DNA from: Clostridiales bacterium
Lineage (GTDB): Bacteria; Bacillota; Clostridia; Caldicoprobacterales; DTU083
DNA: 64,000 bases
NCBI GenBank assembly: GCA_012837325.1
Contig: DURK01000123.1
Location: 1,662 to 65,661, forward strand
Direction of reading: 5' to 3'
Positions 27,438 to 36,791 of the stretch are shown one piece after another. Both the position numbers and the translations under genes were made by a program. Position 1 is the stretch's first letter; every line of letters begins with the position of its first letter. The notes under the pieces are model-generated. The model ran no database searches. It saw only the letters and a program-made list of their open reading frames with translations, and was not told the origin of the DNA.

Positions 27438-28304
27438 TTAGGACTTGCAATTATTCATTGCTTTCCTTGCAGCCATATTTCTTAAGGCTTTCACCTCTTC
27501 CATTCCCACTGTAACATCACCAATAATAGGCATTCCATCAAATAATTCGCCATGGCAATCACTTCCCCCAGTGATCAATAATTCATTTTGTTTGGCAATA
27601 TCTTCAAAGTTTTTCGTTTGCTGCAAGGTATGTCTGCTGTGATATACCTCTATTCCTTCAATCCCGCACTTTATCAGATCATTTATTAGCCCGTGATTAT
27701 GCATCAAACCAGGATGTGCAAGCACGGCTACACCTCCGATGCGATGGATCAGTTGAATACCTTCTTTCGGTGTTAAATGGTAACGCTCAACATAAGCTGG
27801 ACAGTGATTACCAATATACTTTTCAAAAGCTTCATTCACGTCCTGAACAATACCCTTTGATATTAGTACACGGGCGATGTGCGGTCTGGCAACTGTTCCA
27901 TCCTTCGCTTGATGTTGTACTTCCTCATTGCTGATATCAAATCCATAGAGCGCAACTAGCTTTTGCACCATGATTTCAGCACGACTTTTCCTGATTTCCT
28001 TCATCTCTGACAGTACGTTCTGAAGAAGTGACGATTTCCAATCTATATAATAGCCTAAAATATGTATTTCATCGCTGCCAAGCTGCGTGTTGATCTCAAT
28101 TCCAGGTACCACTACTATTTTTTGTATCTTGCCTGCTGCTAGCCCTTCATCAATGCCATCAGTGGTATCATGATCTGTTATAGCCAGAGCACCAAGGCTT
28201 TTTCGAGCTGCATACTCAACCAACTGCGCCGGCTTTAGCAATCCATCTGATGCTGTTGTATGATTATGAAGATCTGCCCTGCTGCCATTTGTTACCTGAG
28301 CCAT
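27438..28304 (-). CDS. PHP-domain metal-dependent phosphoesterase
   Basis: 288 aa with the N-terminal DLHNHTTASDG and ITDHD motifs. Confidence 0.75.
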   Translation of the reverse strand: MAQVTNGSRADLHNHTTASDGLLKPAQLVEYAARKSLGALAITDHDTTDGIDEGLAAGKIQKIVVVPGIEINTQLGSDEIHILGYYIDWKSSLLQNVLSEMKEIRKSRAEIMVQKLVALYGFDISNEEVQHQAKDGTVARPHIARVLISKGIVQDVNEAFEKYIGNHCPAYVERYHLTPKEGIQLIHRIGGVAVLAHPGLMHNHGLINDLIKCGIEGIEVYHSRHTLQQTKNFEDIAKQNELLITGGSDCHGELFDGMPIIGDVTVGMEEVKALRNMAARKAMNNCKS

Positions 28305-28338
28305 TATTTTACCAGCCTCCTTAGTACAATAGGAAATC

Positions 28339-29280
28339 CTAAAGTATGTCTTTTAACAGCCTGAGATAATTCTTGTATGCTACTTTTCTAACGTCTTCTT
28401 CCTTATAATTGCGTTTGAATAAAGCATTGATAACCTTTTCAAAGTGTTGGGGCCCGCTGATTCCCTCCGGCAGTCTTTCAATACCATCAAAATCTGAACC
28501 GAAAACAACCACATCTATTCCTGCCAGATCTATAATATATTCAATATGACGGATAATATCATTCAGACTTGCTTGTTGGCCGGATAAAAAGTCGGGATAA
28601 AAATTAATTCCCATCACTCCTCCTGAATTGGCCAGGGATTTGATTTGATCGTTTGTCAAGTTTCTTGGATGGGGCTGAAGAGCCCATGCATTCGAATGGG
28701 TGGCCGCAACCGGTTTTTTGGAAGCTTCCAAAACAGAGTAAAACCCATTCTCAGAAAGATGAGATACATCTATCAACATACCCAGTCTGTTCATTTCATT
28801 GATTACATCATGTCCGAACGACGACAATCCTCCTTTTGACCTGCTTTCCAAGACCCCATCTGCAATTTCATTTCGATAATTCCAGGTTAATGTCATTGCT
28901 CTTACACCCAGGGAATACAGAATACGAAGATTCAGCAATTCCCCCTCTAAGACATCCCCGCCTTCTACAGTGAGCATTGACCCTATCTTGCCCTGTTGTA
29001 CAGCCTGGGCGATATCATCAAATTTTAACACTCTTTGAAAGCTGTGCTGGTATTGGTCAGTCATAGCATGGTATGCGTCGATCAATTTCAAACCCCTCTG
29101 AAGACAAGGTCGGCTTCCTTTGGGAGCAACAAAAGCAGCAAAAAATTGAAGGCCTACTTTTCCCATTTTTAAGCCTTCCAGGGTAACCTGACATTTCTGT
29201 TCTTGAAACATATTCAGTCCTTGATCCGCGATAATTTCAATTGTGTCACAATGACCATCAATAATATAAAAAGAGTCCAT
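28339..29280 (-). CDS. membrane-dipeptidase family (M19) dipeptidase
   Basis: Start taken at the ATG at 29280, 9 nt after AGGAGG (MDSFYIIDGHCDT...). The DGHCD motif is typical of M19. Confidence 0.75.
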   Translation of the reverse strand: MDSFYIIDGHCDTIEIIADQGLNMFQEQKCQVTLEGLKMGKVGLQFFAAFVAPKGSRPCLQRGLKLIDAYHAMTDQYQHSFQRVLKFDDIAQAVQQGKIGSMLTVEGGDVLEGELLNLRILYSLGVRAMTLTWNYRNEIADGVLESRSKGGLSSFGHDVINEMNRLGMLIDVSHLSENGFYSVLEASKKPVAATHSNAWALQPHPRNLTNDQIKSLANSGGVMGINFYPDFLSGQQASLNDIIRHIEYIIDLAGIDVVVFGSDFDGIERLPEGISGPQHFEKVINALFKRNYKEEDVRKVAYKNYLRLLKDIL

Positions 29281-29430
29281 AACTTGTTCCCTCCTTATAT
29301 TAGAAAGAGCCTTTTCAAATCTTAAGGCCCTTTCCATTATAGGTATCTATTCTAATTCTACTGCCAGGGTTAAAGAGTTTATTCCACTCTACCATCATTC
29401 CTGAAATAAGAAAATTTGACTGACCGTCAT

Positions 29431-30828
29431 TCAGACTGGATGAATCTGATAGGTGTAATTTTCCTGTGTACTTTCAATTCCATATTTTTCTGCTTGGCGA
29501 TACTTGAAGTATTGTTCCGCTACCTGAGGGAATAAAGCATAAGACAGTACATCCTCTTCTTGCTCCATATATCCCTTAATTGCCTTTCTATATTCCTTTA
29601 AAGCAGGCTTGATCAAGTCAGCGGGACGACAGGTAATAGGCTGCTCATCACCAATTATTTTACGCTGAATCTCTTCTTTGATCTCAACCGGGGGCTTGCC
29701 GTATTCACCTCGTACATATGCCTTGGTTTCCTTTGTCACCATTTTGTATCGTTCACCCGTAATAACATTTAAAACAGCCTGGGTTCCTACTATTTGACTG
29801 GTTGGTGTTACGAGAGGAGGATATCCCAGATCTTCCCTGACTCTCGGTACTTCTTTCAAGACTTCATCCAGTTTATTTTCTTTTCCTTGCTGCTTAAGCT
29901 GTGAAACAAGGTTGGAGAGCATTCCTCCGGGAACTTGGTATATCAATGCATTGACATCCACTGATAATACCTTTGCATCCAAAAGACCGGATTGTATATA
30001 TTTTTCACGAAGAGGCTTGAAATAATCTGCTATCTCATTTAGGATATCCAGATTCAACCCTGTGTCATAGTCCGTTCCTTGTAGTGAGGCAACCAAAGGC
30101 TCAGTCGGCGGCTGGGAAGTACCCATTGCAACTGGTGAAATCGCACAGTCCACAATGTCTGCACGAGCTTCTATTGCCTTCATGTAGGTCATTGATGCCA
30201 GCCCGCTGGTATAATGAGAGTGAACATCAATGGGAATTTTTACAGCCTGTTTTAATTCGGAAACCAACTCAAAGGCAGTATATGGCTTAAGCAATCCAGC
30301 CATGTCTTTAATACAGAGTGAACTAGCACCCATTGCTTCCAATTTTTTTGCCAGATCAATATAATGCGGAATATTATGAATCGGACTTGTAGTATAAGAC
30401 AAAGCTGCCTGAGCATGCGCTCCTTCCTTAACGGTAGCTGACATGGCAGTCTCCAGGTTACGAATGTCATTTAAAGCATCAAAAATACGTATGATGTCAA
30501 TACCGTTTCCTACAGCCCGTTTCACAAATTCAATCAATACATCATCAGGGTAATGTTTGTATCCGAGAATATTTTGCCCGCGCAGCAACATCTGCAGCTT
30601 GGTGTTCTTTACAGCTTTACGAACTTTCCTCAATCGTTCCCAAGGATCTTCATTTAAAAAGCGAAGACAGGAATCAAAGGTAGCCCCGCCCCAAACTTCA
30701 AGGGAATAATAGCCAACCTGATCCATCAGCTCTGCAATAGGTAGGATTTCTTCAGTTGTCATTCGTGTTGCAATGAGAGACTGATGAGCATCTCGAAAAG
30801 CGGTTTCCGTTATTTGAACTTTTGCCAT
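29431..30828 (-). CDS. oxaloacetate/pyruvate carboxyltransferase subunit (transcarboxylase 5S / OadA-N type, no biotinyl domain)
   Basis: 465 aa. N-terminus ITETAFRDAHQSLIATRM and TIM-barrel carboxyltransferase. The protein ends without an AMKM biotinyl domain. Confidence 0.8.
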   Translation of the reverse strand: MAKVQITETAFRDAHQSLIATRMTTEEILPIAELMDQVGYYSLEVWGGATFDSCLRFLNEDPWERLRKVRKAVKNTKLQMLLRGQNILGYKHYPDDVLIEFVKRAVGNGIDIIRIFDALNDIRNLETAMSATVKEGAHAQAALSYTTSPIHNIPHYIDLAKKLEAMGASSLCIKDMAGLLKPYTAFELVSELKQAVKIPIDVHSHYTSGLASMTYMKAIEARADIVDCAISPVAMGTSQPPTEPLVASLQGTDYDTGLNLDILNEIADYFKPLREKYIQSGLLDAKVLSVDVNALIYQVPGGMLSNLVSQLKQQGKENKLDEVLKEVPRVREDLGYPPLVTPTSQIVGTQAVLNVITGERYKMVTKETKAYVRGEYGKPPVEIKEEIQRKIIGDEQPITCRPADLIKPALKEYRKAIKGYMEQEEDVLSYALFPQVAEQYFKYRQAEKYGIESTQENYTYQIHPV

Positions 30829-30864
30829 AATCGCTGCCTCCTGGTTTATCTGTCGTTCTGTTGA

Positions 30865-31308
30865 TTATTCGTTTATGGTGAAGAGCAGGTCTCCGGAATT
30901 GACTGAGGTACCTTTGCTGGTTTGGATAGATGAAATTATGCCGTCCTGCGGAGCCATAATCTCATTTTCCATTTTCATAGCCTCCAGTATCAAAACAACC
31001 TGTCCTTTTTTTATACTGTCGCCGGCTTGCATTCTGATGTCAAGGATGGTACCTGGCATGGGCGCTTTTACCTGAACAGAACCAGCCTTTACCGGACTCA
31101 CAGCAGCAGCTTGAGGCTGCTCAGCAGGCTTAGGTTGAGCAGCAGGAGCAGCTGATTGTTGGGAAGGTGCAGTTTGTGGTACTGGCTGAGATACAACTGC
31201 AGGTACAGGAGCAAGGGGCACTGCAGGAGCTGCAGAAACGCCATCCAGAATTTCCTCCACCTCTACTTCATAGGACTTTCCATTTACATTTATCATGAAT
31301 CTACGCAT
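30865..31308 (-). CDS. biotin carboxyl carrier protein (1.3S-like)
   Basis: 147 aa with an AAGGAGG RBS. Ala/Pro-rich linker followed by a biotinyl domain with LEAMKMENEI. Confidence 0.85.
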   Translation of the reverse strand: MRRFMINVNGKSYEVEVEEILDGVSAAPAVPLAPVPAVVSQPVPQTAPSQQSAAPAAQPKPAEQPQAAAVSPVKAGSVQVKAPMPGTILDIRMQAGDSIKKGQVVLILEAMKMENEIMAPQDGIISSIQTSKGTSVNSGDLLFTINE

Positions 31309-31334
31309 TGTATTTCCTCCTTAGATGCAATTGT

Positions 31335-31547
31335 TTATAATTTGTTCGCAGTTAAATCGTATCTTGCAGCTCTATTCCATACCGGCGAAGTGGTAGGAGT
31401 CTGCTGTATCGACCGAACAATTATGGAATGAGCAGTTCGTTTCAGGGATGCGGCGATTGCGGCAGTTATGACTGCAATGAATTCATCGTCTTCCATGACT
31501 CCAACTTCTGATATTTCAACAACTTGATACTTTATTTTTTCCACCAC
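31335..31547 (-). CDS. small OadG-like subunit lacking a membrane anchor
   Basis: 70 aa with a GTG start after GAGGTG. Has the acidic stretch plus FIAVITAAIAA motif recalled from OadG-family proteins, but no N-terminal TM helix. Confidence 0.5.
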   Translation of the reverse strand: MVEKIKYQVVEISEVGVMEDDEFIAVITAAIAASLKRTAHSIIVRSIQQTPTTSPVWNRAARYDLTANKL

Positions 31548-31580
31548 GGTAACACCTCGCTTTGAAATGGCATTTCTTTT

Positions 31581-33131
31581 TTATAGGGGAATATTGCCAT
31601 GCTTTTTAGGCGGCCTGGTTTCTCTTTTGCTTTGCAGCATTTCCAATGCACTTATCAAACGAGGCCTGGTCGCTTCTGGTTCAATAACGTCATCAATATA
31701 TCCTCTGGCAGCAGCAGCATATGGATTGGTGAAGCGATCGCGGTATTCCTGTATCTTTTCCTGGCGTTTGGCTACAGGATCCTCTGCCTTTTCAATTTCT
31801 TTTCGAAAAATAATATTGGCAGCACCTTCCGGCCCCATTACTGCAATTTCAGCCGTCGGCCATGCATACACCAGATCCGTTCCTAAATGCTTGCTGCTCA
31901 TGGCAATATAGGCACCACCATAGGCTTTGCGCAGGATAACATTAACCTTTGGCACAGTTGCTTCTGAATAGGCATAAAGAAGTTTCGCCCCATGTCTGAT
32001 TATGCCATTGTATTCTTGATCTATACCGGGAAGGAAGGCTGGAACGTCTGTCAGGGTAACAATGGGGACGTTGAAGCAATTGCAGAAACGAATAAAACGT
32101 GCTGCTTTATCGGAAGCGTCAATATCCAATGCTCCAGCTTTCACCTTTGGCTGATTTGCAATAAGCCCAATGGACCTTCCATTGAGTCGTGCAAACCCGA
32201 CTACTATATTTTGGGCAAATAAAGATTGGACTTCCAAAAATTCACCATTATCCACTATATGCCGAATAACTTCCTTGACATCATAAGATTTGTTTGGATT
32301 ATCTGGAATGATGGAGTTGAGCTCTGGAGCCAGACGATTTAAATCATCGTTGCTATTGTAAATAAGGGTGTCCTCTAGGTTGTTTTGTGGAAGATAAGAT
32401 AGAAGAGAACGTATTCCTGTAAAACATTCCTCTTCGGTTGAATACTTGAAATGCGCTACACCGCTTACCTGATTATGGGTCTGTGCTCCCCCTAGGTCTT
32501 CCTCTGTAACCTGTTCACCTGTAGCTGCCTGCACAACCTGCGGACCGGTGATGAACATCTTGCTGATATGATCAACCATAAAGATAAAGTCAGTAAGAGC
32601 AGGAGAATAAACAGCTCCACCAGCACAAGGTCCGAGAATCACGGAAATCTGTGGAATGACTCCGGAAGCCATGGTGTTACGGAAAAAAATCTCTCCATAA
32701 CCGCTTAGACTGTCGATTCCTTCTTGAATGCGTGCTCCGCCGGAGTCATTGATACAAAGAATAGGACAGCCCATCTTCATGGCCATATCCATGATCTTGG
32801 TAATTTTTTTTGCATGCATCTCCCCCAGAGAACCTCCTCGAACGGTAAAGTCCTGAGAATATAGGTATACAGGCCGGTTGTTGATGGTAGCATATCCAAT
32901 GATGACACCATCAGCAGGAGCATTTTCCTTCTCCATGCCAAATTCTGTACAGCGATGCGTAACAAAGCTGTCGACTTCAGCAAAACTGCCCGGGTCTACC
33001 AATTTTTCAATTCTTTCCCGTGCAGTCAGCTTACCGCTTTTATGCTGTTTTTCGATTCTGCTCACACCACCGCCCTGTTGCAGAGATCGCTTTTTGTTCT
33101 GCATTTCTCTGATTTTTTGTTCAGTAGACAT
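31581..33131 (-). CDS. acyl-CoA carboxyltransferase (methylmalonyl-CoA 12S / propionyl-CoA carboxylase beta family)
   Basis: 516 aa with a GGAGG RBS. N-terminus ...GGGVSRIEKQHKSGKLTARERIEKLVDPGSF and a duplicated crotonase-like fold. Confidence 0.88.
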   Translation of the reverse strand: MSTEQKIREMQNKKRSLQQGGGVSRIEKQHKSGKLTARERIEKLVDPGSFAEVDSFVTHRCTEFGMEKENAPADGVIIGYATINNRPVYLYSQDFTVRGGSLGEMHAKKITKIMDMAMKMGCPILCINDSGGARIQEGIDSLSGYGEIFFRNTMASGVIPQISVILGPCAGGAVYSPALTDFIFMVDHISKMFITGPQVVQAATGEQVTEEDLGGAQTHNQVSGVAHFKYSTEEECFTGIRSLLSYLPQNNLEDTLIYNSNDDLNRLAPELNSIIPDNPNKSYDVKEVIRHIVDNGEFLEVQSLFAQNIVVGFARLNGRSIGLIANQPKVKAGALDIDASDKAARFIRFCNCFNVPIVTLTDVPAFLPGIDQEYNGIIRHGAKLLYAYSEATVPKVNVILRKAYGGAYIAMSSKHLGTDLVYAWPTAEIAVMGPEGAANIIFRKEIEKAEDPVAKRQEKIQEYRDRFTNPYAAAARGYIDDVIEPEATRPRLISALEMLQSKRETRPPKKHGNIPL

Positions 33132-33253
33132 TGATTAACCTCCTGGTGAAAAGTATCAAAATATGTGAAGTATATAAGAGACAGGATTTTCGTAAAATTT
33201 AAGCCAATTTTATTTTATTCTACATCTATTCCTTGTTTTCCTCCCTGGTTCTA

Positions 33254-33703
33254 TTACTTTTGGTGTTTTGCGAAAAATTTTCTCAAATCTATCCAATAAA
33301 TGGTTCCCTCTTGAAAAGCCTCTTGTATCTGTTCCTTCTGCTTATCCAAGAATTTCTCCGTACCATGCAGTTTATGAAATCCAATAGAGGAATATAGAGA
33401 CTCATCCCCATCTCCTTTAATGAGCAATAAATCCAGTCCATCCAATTCAAGAAAGTGGATTAAAGAACGGATTAGACCATCAATGTATGCTGAATACTCA
33501 CCAACTTCCTTTAAAACCATAGTTAGCACAAATGCAGCATTATCCACCGCATAACCGGAGACTCCGCCAATTATATCTCCCTCTTGTTCAATTATGACTG
33601 CGAAGCTGTTTCCCTTATAAGATGTTGTAATCAGTGGTCGGATCTCCGGATCACGGTAGATCCGATCCAGATCGCTTAATCTCATTCTTCTAAAATGAAC
33701 CAT
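33254..33703 (-). CDS. small GNAT-like protein
   Basis: 149 aa. Overlaps the rluB 3' end by 14 nt. The acetyltransferase-like core is only weakly recognisable. Confidence 0.45.
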   Translation of the reverse strand: MVHFRRMRLSDLDRIYRDPEIRPLITTSYKGNSFAVIIEQEGDIIGGVSGYAVDNAAFVLTMVLKEVGEYSAYIDGLIRSLIHFLELDGLDLLLIKGDGDESLYSSIGFHKLHGTEKFLDKQKEQIQEAFQEGTIYWIDLRKFFAKHQK

Positions 33704-34430
33704 TTTTATACGTTCCCCCTATTGAATCTACTAGCTCTATTATCTCTTCCTTTGAAAGGTACCGCCAAAATCCAGGTTTAAGTTTATCCAGTGTAATACT
33801 TCCAATTCGTTCTCTTTTAAGATATAGTACTGGATGGCCTACCGCTTCAAACATCCTGCGAACCTGTCGATTTTTCCCTTCATGTATCACCAGACGAAAT
33901 TCTGCATTCCCATTCTTACTTCCCATATACTTAATTTCCGCTGGTGAGGTAACAAAATCCCCTATGTTGACACCTTGCCTTAATCGGTTCACAGCCTTTG
34001 ACTTGGGTGAGCCTTTGACGATACAATAGTATTCCTTTTCAACCTGATATTTTGGATGGGTCAAGGCAAAGGCGAAATCGCCATCATTGGTTAGTATTAG
34101 AGCTCCTTCCGTTTCATAATCCAATCTCCCAACAGGATAGATTCGGCTCCCTTTCCATCCGATTCGATCCAGCACGGTTTCTCTGCCTTGAGGATCCTTT
34201 ACAGAAGTAATGGTTCCAGATGGTTTATTTAAAAGAATATATATTTTGTCTTCAACAGGGATCAAGATTTGCTTTTGATCTAGTAAAACCTTATCATTTC
34301 TGGGGTCAACAAGAGTCCCCATTTCCACTACTTGTTTGCCGTTCAGGTAAACCCTGCCCTGTCTGATTAAATCCTCAGATTTCCTTCTGGAACCCACACC
34401 ACAAAGGGCCATATACTTCTGCAGCCGCAT
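33690..34430 (-). CDS. rluB: 23S rRNA pseudouridine synthase (RsuA/RluB family)
   Basis: 246 aa with an S4 domain (MRLQKYMALCGVGSRRKSE) and the catalytic motif GRLDYETEG. Confidence 0.85.
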   Translation of the reverse strand: MRLQKYMALCGVGSRRKSEDLIRQGRVYLNGKQVVEMGTLVDPRNDKVLLDQKQILIPVEDKIYILLNKPSGTITSVKDPQGRETVLDRIGWKGSRIYPVGRLDYETEGALILTNDGDFAFALTHPKYQVEKEYYCIVKGSPKSKAVNRLRQGVNIGDFVTSPAEIKYMGSKNGNAEFRLVIHEGKNRQVRRMFEAVGHPVLYLKRERIGSITLDKLKPGFWRYLSKEEIIELVDSIGGTYKNGSF

Positions 34431-34438
34431 TCCTTATC

Positions 34439-35554
34439 CTACCTCCATAAGTTGACCATTCTACGGAAAAAGTTCCATATCGTTTTCTTTTCCACAGCTT
34501 GTCCGGTAACAATCGGTATCTCTTTCAATAATTCATGGTTGTGATAAATCTGAAGAGATCCGATCCATTGACCTGCTTTAACAGGAGCTGTCAGCTCAGC
34601 GGGCAATATCAACCTTGTTCGAATCTGCTTTTCTTCCATCTCATTTAAGGCAACGGAATACTCCTGTTCTGCCAACAACTCTACTTCTTCACACGTTCCT
34701 TGAATGACAGGAATATTTTGCAGGAATTGTCCTTGTTCTACTATTGATACACTTCGAAAATTCGCAAAGCCATAATCCATCAGAGCCGCACTTTCTTCAA
34801 ACATAGGTCCGCAATTCAGCACCACAGCAATCAGTTGCATATCTTCTCTTTTTGATGAACCAACAAAGCAACGGCCTGCCTTTTTCGTATAACCGGTCTT
34901 TACCCCGTTGGCTCCTTCATAAGTCCACAGCATCCTGTTTTTATTTCTCATCGCACGATCCCATTCATGTCCTTCCCAAGGCATAGTATGGTATTTAGCG
35001 GATACGATCGACTCAAAATCCGGATTTTTTAATCCATAAGAGGCGATAAGGGCCAAGTCATAAGCTGTCGTATAATGTTCATCATGGTGTAAACCATGGG
35101 GATTGACAAAATGGGTATCATATGCACCGATTTTTTTCGCTGTTTCGTTCATCATCGCAACAAACCCTTCCACTGAGCCTCCGATATGGATGGCAATGGC
35201 AGTTGCTGCATCATTACCGGAACGCAGCATTAAACCATACAGCAAATCCTCAAGGGTGTGGACTTCGCCCGCAGAAAGCCATATAGAAGAACCTTCGATT
35301 CCGGAGGCTTCCAAAGGAATGGTAACTAGTTCATCCAACTCCCCATGTTCCAACGCAACAACAGCAGTCATGATTTTTGTAGTACTCGCCATAGGCAACT
35401 TTTCTCTGCAGTTGCTTTCATATAATATACGGTTGCTTTTGCCATCCATCAATATGGATGCTTTTCCGCTGGTTCGAGGAGTATAGGCTGCGACACCAAT
35501 GATAGTATACACGAACAATATAGTTGTCACCAGTATGAATTTTACAGTTTTCAA
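34439..35554 (-). CDS. dacB: D-alanyl-D-alanine carboxypeptidase (PBP5* type)
   Basis: 371 aa with a signal/anchor sequence and the motifs SxxK (ASTTK), SGN and KTG. Positioned next to rluB/scpAB as in B. subtilis. Confidence 0.8.
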   Translation of the reverse strand: MKTVKFILVTTILFVYTIIGVAAYTPRTSGKASILMDGKSNRILYESNCREKLPMASTTKIMTAVVALEHGELDELVTIPLEASGIEGSSIWLSAGEVHTLEDLLYGLMLRSGNDAATAIAIHIGGSVEGFVAMMNETAKKIGAYDTHFVNPHGLHHDEHYTTAYDLALIASYGLKNPDFESIVSAKYHTMPWEGHEWDRAMRNKNRMLWTYEGANGVKTGYTKKAGRCFVGSSKREDMQLIAVVLNCGPMFEESAALMDYGFANFRSVSIVEQGQFLQNIPVIQGTCEEVELLAEQEYSVALNEMEEKQIRTRLILPAELTAPVKAGQWIGSLQIYHNHELLKEIPIVTGQAVEKKTIWNFFRRMVNLWR

Positions 35555-35590
35555 GATAGCAGCTCCCTTTCCAGATTGATTTATAATAAG

Positions 35591-35614
35591 AAAAGCGGCT
35601 TGCCAGCCGCTTTT
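35591..35614 (-). terminator. rho-independent terminator (bidirectional shape)
   Basis: AAAAGCGGCT-tgcc-AGCCGCTTTT hairpin. On the - strand it is followed by TTTTCTTATTAT. Confidence 0.7.
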
Positions 35615-35676
35615 ATCAATAAGTAAAACTCTTACTTGTTATGGCGTTGATTTTTCTGCATATCCATACAACATGA

Positions 35677-36162
35677 TTACTGTTGTGGTACGTTAGTTAT
35701 AATGGTCTCAGTTTTTTTATCCTTGGCTTTGTTCTGACCCTTGCCAATCATATTTTGAAGCTCACCGACCACACTGGGTACCAGCTCGACAATTCGATCA
35801 ACTGTTGAATTATACTGTACAGGAAGCAGCTTGATCTTGTCCTCCCCTACTACCAAAAAAGCAATGGGGTTAACTGAAACTCCTGCTCCACTGCCACCCG
35901 CAAATGGCATTTCCTTTGCTTCTCCATCTGCAGAACCGTTGCTGTTTCCACTGCCATTGCCAAATGCCTTTTTGGAAGCACCTTCTTCCTTGTATTCACC
36001 GCCACCTGCAATAAATCCAAAGGACACTTTTGATATAGGGACAATAACCGTCCCTTCTGCAGTCTCCACTGCATCGCCTACAATGGTATTTACATCTATC
36101 ATTTCCTTAAGATTTTCCATGGTGGTCTTCATCACATTTTCAATAGGATGTTCAGACATCAT
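35677..36162 (-). CDS. ytfJ: sporulation protein YtfJ (GerW family)
   Basis: 161 aa. Core NTIVGDAVETAEGTVIVPISKVSFGFIAGGGEY, with a Gly/Ser-rich insertion. The ATGA start overlaps the ytfI-like stop. Confidence 0.8.
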   Translation of the reverse strand: MMSEHPIENVMKTTMENLKEMIDVNTIVGDAVETAEGTVIVPISKVSFGFIAGGGEYKEEGASKKAFGNGSGNSNGSADGEAKEMPFAGGSGAGVSVNPIAFLVVGEDKIKLLPVQYNSTVDRIVELVPSVVGELQNMIGKGQNKAKDKKTETIITNVPQQ

Positions 36163-36791
36163 TACACCGCCTTTATCTTTTTCGTGAGCATTTTCATTCC
36201 CGTAGTAATAATATGACCGATTTTAAAATTGATTATGCAATCCAGATCAAGATCAAACAAAGGACCTTGAAAATAAGGCAGGATATCCAGATCATGTTTT
36301 TTCAAATGATAGTATTCATCAAAATGACGGCTTAAGAGTGAAAAAAAAGCATAAAACCCACCAATAGACAAAGCAGTGGTAGCTGCATCTCCAGTACCAA
36401 TTCTGGTTCGGATCGAAAAGTTATTGATATTGATATATTTTTTCATAATATTAATTTGCTCAATGTTGCTGCTATAAAAACGAACTATTTTTTTTATATA
36501 GTTCCAAGCCTGCTCCACAGTAGTCTTCTTCTCACTATCCGTATCCGTTTTGCGTATGGACAGTGAAAACAGTCTATTTCCATCTCTATCTACGGACAGA
36601 TTCAAGCGCAATCGGATCAAACGAAGCAGCCGAATAATCAAAAAGGAAAAATTTCTGCCATTTTTGATAATAACCTTGATTTCTATTTGAACTTTCAAAA
36701 AAAGTAGTACAAGAGATAATAAAAGGAAAAACAAAAATAAATAAAGAACCAAGAGAATACACTCCAAGCTGTTTTTCCTATTTTTTCTCAA
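36162..36791 (-). CDS. DUF2953 (YtfI-like) membrane protein
   Basis: 209 aa with an N-terminal TM helix. Precedes ytfJ as in the B. subtilis ytfI-ytfJ pair. Confidence 0.6.
   Translation of the reverse strand: MRKNRKNSLECILLVLYLFLFFLLLSLVLLFLKVQIEIKVIIKNGRNFSFLIIRLLRLIRLRLNLSVDRDGNRLFSLSIRKTDTDSEKKTTVEQAWNYIKKIVRFYSSNIEQINIMKKYININNFSIRTRIGTGDAATTALSIGGFYAFFSLLSRHFDEYYHLKKHDLDILPYFQGPLFDLDLDCIINFKIGHIITTGMKMLTKKIKAV

Noticed and set aside
30990-31230. Ala/Pro-rich repetitive stretch as a possible tandem repeat or hypervariable region
   Set aside because: It is the usual flexible Ala/Pro linker of biotin carrier proteins, preceding the AMKM domain. It shows no exact DNA periodicity.
35831-36187. 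118-aa + strand ORF antisense to ytfJ, and similar antisense or shadow ORFs (e.g. 38171-38572, 38436-38744, 11172-11537, 16728-17111, 31567-31911, 13914-14348, 24095-24286)
   Set aside because: All lie inside well-supported genes on the opposite strand or in another frame. They lack RBSs and have low-complexity or biased composition typical of shadow ORFs.
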